Shown here: positions 58,480 to 64,000 of the stretch, piece by piece
Layout of the letters: every line of letters starts with the position of its first letter
Numbering within the stretch: position 1 is the first letter of the stretch
From: an uncultured Candidatus Saccharibacteria bacterium
Lineage (GTDB): Bacteria; Patescibacteriota; Minisyncoccia; Phycocordibacterales; PCTT01
DNA length: 64,000 nt
Assembly: GCA_964566505.1 (NCBI GenBank)
Contig: CAZMIM010000002.1
Location: forward strand, 46,529 to 110,528
Reading direction: 5' to 3'
Notes under the pieces: generated by a model
The model's database searches: none
Seen by the model: the letters and a program-made list of their open reading frames with translations, nothing else
Told to the model about the DNA's origin: nothing
Program-made: the position numbers and the translations under genes

Positions 58480-59430
58480 TTAGTTTGATAATTCTGCCAG
58501 GATTTCTCCGAGCTGTTGATAAATGTCAAAGTTTGAGTTACTTAGTGTTTTAAACCGCTCAATACCAGCAAGGCCTACAAGAGGGTCATCAAAAATTTTC
58601 TGCATCTCTTCTATTGCAAGAGCCAAATTGGCGTAGTTGTTTATGAGCGTTACGTGCTCTTGACTGAATTCTGATGGCGCAGGCAAAAGTAATAGTCTTG
58701 ATTTAACTGCATTATAAAAAGTTATATTGTCTTCCAGCCGTTCAAGCATTAGTGGGTTCTGGTCTGTTATAACTTCCGCAAGAAGTTGTGTTTCGTTTGC
58801 TACTGCATTTAATTTCTCGGCCTCAATAGTAATAATATCGAGAATTGATCTAATATATTCGAACTGCTTTTCCGATGTATTGGTTGTGGTCTTAATATCT
58901 TGTGATGTATATTCTGGAACTCCTGTGCTTAGTGACTCTGCAACAGATGAAGAAAGTGAGTCTAGGTCATATGAGCTATCTTGGAGAGCTTCTCCAGTAA
59001 TATTTGCATCTGATTGCACCAAAATACTTGGGAGTGCTTGCTCAAAAACACTTTGTGTTTGATTTATTGAAAGTGAGTCTTGGATTTGGAGTTGTGTATG
59101 GATACGCCCGAGGTGGCTTTCTGTAATCGCGTCATTTGGACCAGGTATCGCAGGGTGTGTACCTTGTGTTATCTCTTCCCCATCATCAACACCGTCTCCA
59201 TCTGTGTCAGGATTTCGAATATCGCTGTCCCATAGTATTTCTTCCCAATCAAAAAGCCCGTCACCATCGGTGTCGTCTTGGTTTTTTTCATAGAAATCGC
59301 TTTGAAGGACAGTAACTCCCTCTTCTTGCGTTTGATCGTTCGTTCGTGGTGTTGTATCGAGGACAATAACTGCAATAAGGACAATAGCGATACCTATAAA
59401 AATAGAGACTGTGATTTTCTTATTCAACAT
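58480..59430 (-). CDS. Membrane-anchored protein with thrombospondin-type-3-like Ca-binding repeats (first gene of the operon)
   Basis: N-terminal TM, DTDGDGLFDWEE and DTDGDGVDDGEE repeats, and a GAGGGGAG Shine-Dalgarno upstream. Confidence 0.5.
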   Translation of the reverse strand: MLNKKITVSIFIGIAIVLIAVIVLDTTPRTNDQTQEEGVTVLQSDFYEKNQDDTDGDGLFDWEEILWDSDIRNPDTDGDGVDDGEEITQGTHPAIPGPNDAITESHLGRIHTQLQIQDSLSINQTQSVFEQALPSILVQSDANITGEALQDSSYDLDSLSSSVAESLSTGVPEYTSQDIKTTTNTSEKQFEYIRSILDIITIEAEKLNAVANETQLLAEVITDQNPLMLERLEDNITFYNAVKSRLLLLPAPSEFSQEHVTLINNYANLALAIEEMQKIFDDPLVGLAGIERFKTLSNSNFDIYQQLGEILAELSN

Positions 59431-59502
59431 ACACTTCTCCCCTCAATATATAGAAATTATAACAAACAAAGCGCCCCATGAGCGCTTACTGACCTGCTTT
59501 CT

Positions 59503-59511
59503 TGTGGATAA
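59503..59511 (-). promoter_or_regulatory. Perfect consensus DnaA box between rsmA and the T4SS-like operon
   Basis: The plus strand TGTGGATAA is the reverse complement of TTATCCACA. It lies about 45 nt upstream of a TATAAT box (59456-59461). Confidence 0.4.
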
Positions 59512-59556
59512 AAAAGGGCTTATTTTCAATATATCTCGGGAAAATCAACCTCTATA

Positions 59557-60339
59557 CTAAAGGCATAAATTGTCGTATAGCGATAGCCACTGCTCTACTG
59601 AAAGATCTTCTGCGCGCACTGTTTCTGGCACCCCTATTCTCTCAATGGCTTTACTGAGCTGTGCTTTGTCAAATACATCAGAAAGATTCCCTTTCAACTG
59701 CTTTCTTTTATGAGCAAATCCAAGCTTCACAAGCTCAAAGAATTGCTCGATATTTCTGCCCTCAAAGTTCTTGTGCGAAATATCTTTTATAGACAAAACA
59801 ACAGAATCTACATTGGGTACAGGTGAAAAAAGATTTCTTGAGACATTTCTTTCTATTTTTGGAGTGCCAAATACATGAACAGAAACAGACAAGATGCTGT
59901 GTTTCCCATCTTTTAAAATTACTCGCTCACCTACCTCTTTTTGCACCATCAGTATCATTGAGTTGGGCGGAGTTTCTGATTCTAGAAAGCGTTTTATTAT
60001 GGCGCCGGTGATGTTGTAGGGGATATTCGCAACTACTTTGTAGTCGTCTGCCACAAGTGTCGAGATTGGAAGCTCCAAAATGTCTCCATGTATTAGTGTG
60101 AACTGCCCACTTACAATTTCTTGTTCAAATCGCTCTGTTAAGCCCTTATATAGCTCATCATCTTTCTCGACAGCAACCACATCGACATCTGTTTTTAGTA
60201 GTGCGTGAGTGAGTTTTCCCTTTCCTGGTCCAATCTCAAGCACGGTATCAGAGTCTTTTATGTCTGAGGCTCTAATGATGTCTTTTACTACATCTGATGA
60301 GGTGAGAAAGTTTTGTCCAAGTGAGCGTTTTGCGCGCAT
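59557..60339 (-). CDS. rsmA: 16S rRNA (adenine1518/1519-N6)-dimethyltransferase
   Basis: KRSLGQNFL, VLEIGPGKGKLT, and NIPYNIT are the KsgA/RsmA motifs. Confidence 0.9.
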   Translation of the reverse strand: MRAKRSLGQNFLTSSDVVKDIIRASDIKDSDTVLEIGPGKGKLTHALLKTDVDVVAVEKDDELYKGLTERFEQEIVSGQFTLIHGDILELPISTLVADDYKVVANIPYNITGAIIKRFLESETPPNSMILMVQKEVGERVILKDGKHSILSVSVHVFGTPKIERNVSRNLFSPVPNVDSVVLSIKDISHKNFEGRNIEQFFELVKLGFAHKRKQLKGNLSDVFDKAQLSKAIERIGVPETVRAEDLSVEQWLSLYDNLCL

Positions 60340-60341
60340 AG

Positions 60342-62282
60342 CTAGTCGAGATAAATAGTTTTAATTGGGCGGTGTGCATTTACATCTTCATTTTCAATCA
60401 ACTCTTCATCGAGTTCAAGTAAAAATTCTGATGGAACGGTAAAGTTTCGTGAACCAAAAATAATTCGCGACGAGGCGTGTGAGAGGAATACCTTTTTCCT
60501 TGCTCGTGTGAGTGCTACATAGAAAAGTCGTCTCTCCTCTTCTCGCTCTTCCAGAGTCGCATCGTCTCTTTCTTGTGGGAAGAGACCGTCTTCTAGTCCG
60601 GTGATGAACACATAGTCAAACTCGAGTCCTTTGGATGCATGAACGGTCATGAGACGCACACCACCTTTTTCATTATTGAGTGTATCTTGATCAGACACGA
60701 GAGCGATTTCTTCCATCATTTTCTCCACTCCACTTTCTCCATAATCATCAAAACGAGTAGCGTATGAAACAAGCTCTTTTAGGTTGTCTATACGTTCTTT
60801 GTCATCCTCGTTTTTACTATTATAGCTCTCAACAAGGCCAGATTTTTCAAGGACTGTTTTCATTATAGTACTTGGCTTTTCGCTCTCTATTGCTTGCTGT
60901 ATCTCCTCTATTATTTGCCAAAATGTATCAACTTTTTTCTGAGTCGCGGGAGTAAGTGATGGTCCGTTTTCAAGGACAATTTTTGCTAATGTTGCTTTCC
61001 CGATTCCACGTCTTGGTGTGTTTATGACACGAGTGAGATCGGTAATACTTTTTGGATTTAGCGCGAGTCTGATGTATGAGAGAGCATCTTTCACTTCCTT
61101 TCTGTCGAAAAATCTCGTCCCCAAAAGTTCATATGGAATATTGTTTCGAAGCATCGCGTCTTCAAGTACGCGCGACTGAAAATTGGTTCGATATAAAATC
61201 GCAATCTCCTGAGGAGACACATCTTTGTCTAAAAGATTTTGTATGTGACCCGCGATTATCTCTCCCTCATGCGCTTCATCGATTGCTACAAGTGCTGAGA
61301 GCTTCTCACCCTCGTGGTTGTTGGTGAAAAGAGTCTTTTCTTTTCGCAGTGTATTTTTTTGGATAATATCTTGGGCTGCTCTAATGATGTTTTGGGTAGA
61401 ACGGTAGTTTTCCTCGAGCAAAACTGTTCTCGCGTTTGGAAAATCGTTCTCAAAGTCTAAAATGTTTTGAATATTTGCTCCCCGCCATGTGTAAATTGAC
61501 TGGTCTGCATCTCCTACAACACAAATATTGTTCGCTGGTCCCAAAAGGAGCTGTCCAAATGTGTATTGGATGGTGTTGGTGTCCTGATACTCATCGATGT
61601 GAAGGTATTTCCAACGATTTTGATACGAGCGCTTTATTTCAGGGTTTTTTTGGAGTATTGAAACTGCTTTTACCAAAAGATCATCGAAATCCAGCGCACC
61701 CTCTTTGTTTTTTATCTTCTCATATTCATTCCACACAGGCTTTACGACACTTCGAACGAATGAAAACTCATTACTGTTTCCATATTCATGTGCATGTACT
61801 CCTTTCCCCTTCTCTTTTGAGATTATAGAGATTATTTTTCTAGGTTCCCACTGTTTTGGGTCTATGTCGTGTACCTTCATTGCCCTTTTGATGATAGATA
61901 TTGAGTCGCTTCTATCAAGAATAGTGAAATATTTGGGTAGCCCTAGCGTGTGAGCGTGCTCTTTGAGTATATGTACGCCAAGTGAGTGGAATGTGCTCAC
62001 AAAAGGAGTAGCTTGTGTGCTTTGAAACACTGGTCTGTTTACATTTGTGTTTTTTGAAAGGGCTTGCTCCACACGCTCTTTCATTTCTTTTGCTGCTTTG
62101 TTGGTAAATGTAATAGCAAGTACCTCATTAGGTGACACTCCTTCATGAATAAGGTGAATAATACGAGATACAATTACTCGTGTTTTCCCTGCTCCAGCAC
62201 CAGCAAGTACCAAAAGAGGTCCTTGTGTATGCAATACAGCTTCTTTTTGTTGGGGATTGAGTCCTTCTAGGTGTTCACTCAT
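60342..62282 (-). CDS. pcrA: UvrD/PcrA-family ATP-dependent DNA helicase
   Basis: LNPQQKEAV, AGAGAGKTRV, DEYQDTN, VGDADQSIYTWRGA, TVHASKGLEFD, YVALTRARK. The start is placed at MSEHLEG. Confidence 0.9.
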   Translation of the reverse strand: MSEHLEGLNPQQKEAVLHTQGPLLVLAGAGAGKTRVIVSRIIHLIHEGVSPNEVLAITFTNKAAKEMKERVEQALSKNTNVNRPVFQSTQATPFVSTFHSLGVHILKEHAHTLGLPKYFTILDRSDSISIIKRAMKVHDIDPKQWEPRKIISIISKEKGKGVHAHEYGNSNEFSFVRSVVKPVWNEYEKIKNKEGALDFDDLLVKAVSILQKNPEIKRSYQNRWKYLHIDEYQDTNTIQYTFGQLLLGPANNICVVGDADQSIYTWRGANIQNILDFENDFPNARTVLLEENYRSTQNIIRAAQDIIQKNTLRKEKTLFTNNHEGEKLSALVAIDEAHEGEIIAGHIQNLLDKDVSPQEIAILYRTNFQSRVLEDAMLRNNIPYELLGTRFFDRKEVKDALSYIRLALNPKSITDLTRVINTPRRGIGKATLAKIVLENGPSLTPATQKKVDTFWQIIEEIQQAIESEKPSTIMKTVLEKSGLVESYNSKNEDDKERIDNLKELVSYATRFDDYGESGVEKMMEEIALVSDQDTLNNEKGGVRLMTVHASKGLEFDYVFITGLEDGLFPQERDDATLEEREEERRLFYVALTRARKKVFLSHASSRIIFGSRNFTVPSEFLLELDEELIENEDVNAHRPIKTIYLD

Positions 62283-62375
62283 ATAAATAGTGTACCTCAG
62301 CACGAGATATGTGAATATAAACTATACCACATTTGCTATTTTAGGAATTTTTATTGGTGATAGTGTAATATCTCG

Positions 62376-62401
62376 TTTTAGGGCTAAAAATAGCCCTAAA
62401 A
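62376..62401. terminator. Bidirectional terminator
   Basis: TTTTAGGGCTA-AAAA-TAGCCCTAAAA. Confidence 0.55.
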
Positions 62402-62406
62402 TACTA

Positions 62407-62435
62407 TTGACATAAATATATTAAATTAGTATAAT
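62407..62435 (+). promoter_or_regulatory. Consensus sigma70-type promoter P1
   Basis: TTGACA-17 nt-TATAAT, a perfect match to both hexamers. Confidence 0.6.
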
Positions 62436-62464
62436 TGGGTATCCACAATCAATTATTTAATCCA

Positions 62465-62493
62465 TTGACAGTATATATGCTTTGGATTATAGT
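62465..62493 (+). promoter_or_regulatory. Near-consensus promoter P2, 58 nt downstream of P1
   Basis: TTGACA-17 nt-TATAGT. Confidence 0.55.
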
Positions 62494-62585
62494 CGATTGT
62501 ACATAGCTTGATATAACGATTTGTACGGAATATGTGGCTCAACAAAGCCACATTGATATTTGACCGCTCAACATAGGAACGATTA

Positions 62586-63701
62586 TTGGCTAATCATTGG
62601 CTTATACCATTTAGAAAAACGAATACCAACTTACAGTCAGATTCTGATGACGGAGGTAATAAACAGGGTTGGTTCTCAATAAACACACATTCAAGGCTCG
62701 TAATCGAGCTTGTTCTTCTATTTTTTGTGTTGGTATTCCCTGCCGCAGCTCATGCAGGTGTTTTTTCATTTCTAGGAGCAATCTTTGCTGATACTCAAAC
62801 GGTAATAAACCAAACACTCGACACAACTCAAAACTCACAAAATATGGCACTTCTTCGTGCTGCTGTGAACCCAAACCCAGATCCAGCCAAAGGAGGCGGT
62901 GATATTACTATTGTTGGTGATATGGCGCTTCTTTCAGAGGCAGGACCATCAGGAACAATCGCTGATATTGATGAATATAAGCAGTCTTCAGGACAGATTT
63001 CTCTTTATGTAGTACGTGAGGGCGATACTCTTTCACAAATTGCGACCATGTTTGGTGTTTCTGTAAACACAATTATGTGGGCAAATGGCACAGAGCGCGC
63101 TTCTCTTATTGCACCAGGAGAGACACTTATTATTCTGCCTGTTTCAGGTATACGACACACAGTTAAATCAGGAGAGACACTTGCAGGTATTGTAAAGAAA
63201 TACAAAGGACACTTTGAAGAGGTTCTAGAGTATAACGGCCTAAAAGCAAACGCGAAGCTTGCTGTTGGTGATGTGGTGGTGATTCCAGATGGAGAAATTG
63301 CTGCACCAAAGATAACAACATCATCTGTTGCTCGAGGCACAAGTGGTCCTTCATATGATGGATACTATATGCGACCAGTTTCTGGTGGTACAAAGACTCA
63401 AGGAATTCACGGATATAACGCTATCGATATTGGTGCACCATTTGGAACTCCTATTCTTGCATCTGCATCAGGTACTGTGATTATTTCACGAGACTGGGGA
63501 TGGAACGGAGGTTATGGTAATTATGTTGTTATAAAGCACAACAACGGTACGCAAACTCTTTACGCCCACAACTCACGAAACATTGTTTCTTCAGGGCAAA
63601 GCGTGGTTCAAGGACAAGTAATTGGATACGTTGGTTCAACTGGTAAGTCTACTGGTAACCACCTTCACTTTGAGATTCGAGGTGCGAAAAACCCATTTTA
63701 A
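62586..63701 (+). CDS. LysM-domain M23-family peptidoglycan metallopeptidase
   Basis: Signal-anchor helix, two LysM repeats (YVVREGDTLSQIATMFGVSVNTIMWAN; HTVKSGETLAGIVKKY), and M23 motifs (HGYNAIDIGAP, GNYVVIKH, GSTGKSTGNHLHFE). The start (TTG per the ORF track) is uncertain. Confidence 0.85.
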   Translation: MANHWLIPFRKTNTNLQSDSDDGGNKQGWFSINTHSRLVIELVLLFFVLVFPAAAHAGVFSFLGAIFADTQTVINQTLDTTQNSQNMALLRAAVNPNPDPAKGGGDITIVGDMALLSEAGPSGTIADIDEYKQSSGQISLYVVREGDTLSQIATMFGVSVNTIMWANGTERASLIAPGETLIILPVSGIRHTVKSGETLAGIVKKYKGHFEEVLEYNGLKANAKLAVGDVVVIPDGEIAAPKITTSSVARGTSGPSYDGYYMRPVSGGTKTQGIHGYNAIDIGAPFGTPILASASGTVIISRDWGWNGGYGNYVVIKHNNGTQTLYAHNSRNIVSSGQSVVQGQVIGYVGSTGKSTGNHLHFEIRGAKNPF

Positions 63702-63717
63702 TAAGAATTCAGTAAAA

Positions 63718-63748
63718 GCAACGGCTCACTTTGAAAGTGAGCCGTTGC
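63718..63748. terminator. Bidirectional terminator; near-identical to the hairpin at 5665-5691
   Basis: GCAACGGCTCACTT-TGA-AAGTGAGCCGTTGC flanked by A-run and T-run. Confidence 0.6.
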
Positions 63749-63774
63749 TTTTTGGCTATACAGAGCCGTTGAAA

Positions 63775-64000
63775 TTAAACCGCTTCTTTAAACCTATATT
63801 GGAGTGCTTCGTGTATGTGTGGCACACCAAGCTCCTCGCTTCCCTCAAGGTCTGCAATGGTGCGTGCAAGTTTTATAATACGATGATACGAGCGAGCAGA
63901 GAGACTGTGTGCACTTCCTGCTTTTTCTAAAACATCTTTCACCTCTTTTGAGAGTTCTACAAGTTCCAATAGTTCTCTGGAATTCATGTCGCTGTTCTTT
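63775..64000 (-). CDS. YifB/ComM-family Mg-chelatase-like ATPase, C-terminal fragment (gene continues beyond the window)
   Basis: SARSYHRIIKLARTIADLEGSEELGVPHIHEALQYR is the conserved C-terminal domain. The reading frame stays open to position 64000. Confidence 0.7.
   Translation of the reverse strand, partial: KNSDMNSRELLELVELSKEVKDVLEKAGSAHSLSARSYHRIIKLARTIADLEGSEELGVPHIHEALQYRFKEAV

Noticed and set aside
46361-59430. The T4SS-like operon considered as an integrated conjugative element or prophage.
   Set aside because: - There is no relaxase, VirD4-type coupling ATPase, integrase, replication or capsid gene.
- There are no flanking direct repeats.
- Composition looks like the core genome.
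- It sits between core genes (jag, rsmA).
1-64000. A search for CRISPR arrays, rRNA genes, transposases, integrases and reverse transcriptases.
   Set aside because: - I saw no regularly spaced direct repeats with unique spacers.
- I saw no rRNA-like conserved stretches.
- No ORF has transposase, integrase or RT motifs.
- The recurring hairpins (9772/11864, 5665/63718, and the CCGCC...GGCGG class) are dispersed terminators, not arrays.

Overview
This is a low-GC bacterial chromosome segment (about 35-40% G+C by eye; I could not compute it). Its gene content and style look like a Candidate Phyla Radiation / Patescibacteria-type genome. The pointers are a compact housekeeping set, DUF5652-like and dockerin-bearing proteins, scattered type IV pilus genes, little biosynthesis, and many bidirectional hairpin terminators.

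The window contains:
- The replication-origin neighbourhood: dnaN-dnaA facing rpmH-rnpA-yidC-jag.
- Ribosomal and translation genes: the rplC start, rpsJ, tuf, rplJ-rplL, rplS, rpsT, rpmH.
- Cell-wall genes: ddl, murF, a murE-like ligase, PBP1A, a LysM/M23 peptidase.
- Recombination and replication genes: ruvA, ruvB-yebC-ruvC, ruvX, polA, a holA-like gene, pcrA.
- Seven tRNA genes.

Observations that ordinary annotation does not explain:
1. A conserved ~120-130-nt element sits about 50 nt downstream of three different tRNA genes (His, Arg-TCT, Ser-TGA). Each copy ends in an exact copy of that tRNA's own 3' end and starts with the inverted T-loop. The internal hairpins covary.
2. A 13-kb, 12-gene, translationally coupled operon (46361-59430) is built around VirB4, VirB6/TrbL-like, PrgI/VirB3-like and VirB2-like proteins. 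It has no relaxase, coupling protein or integrase.
3. A HEPN(Abi_C-like)-wHTH gene plus an unknown partner lie next to tRNA-Ser and a free-standing HNH nuclease.
4. Two visibly GC-rich envelope genes are present: an OmpA-like/beta-barrel-like protein and a lipoprotein.
5. A family of long-range helices abuts start codons, alongside other structured leaders and attenuators around ribosomal-protein genes.

All calls come from reading the sequence and the supplied ORF track. No database search or folding computation was run.
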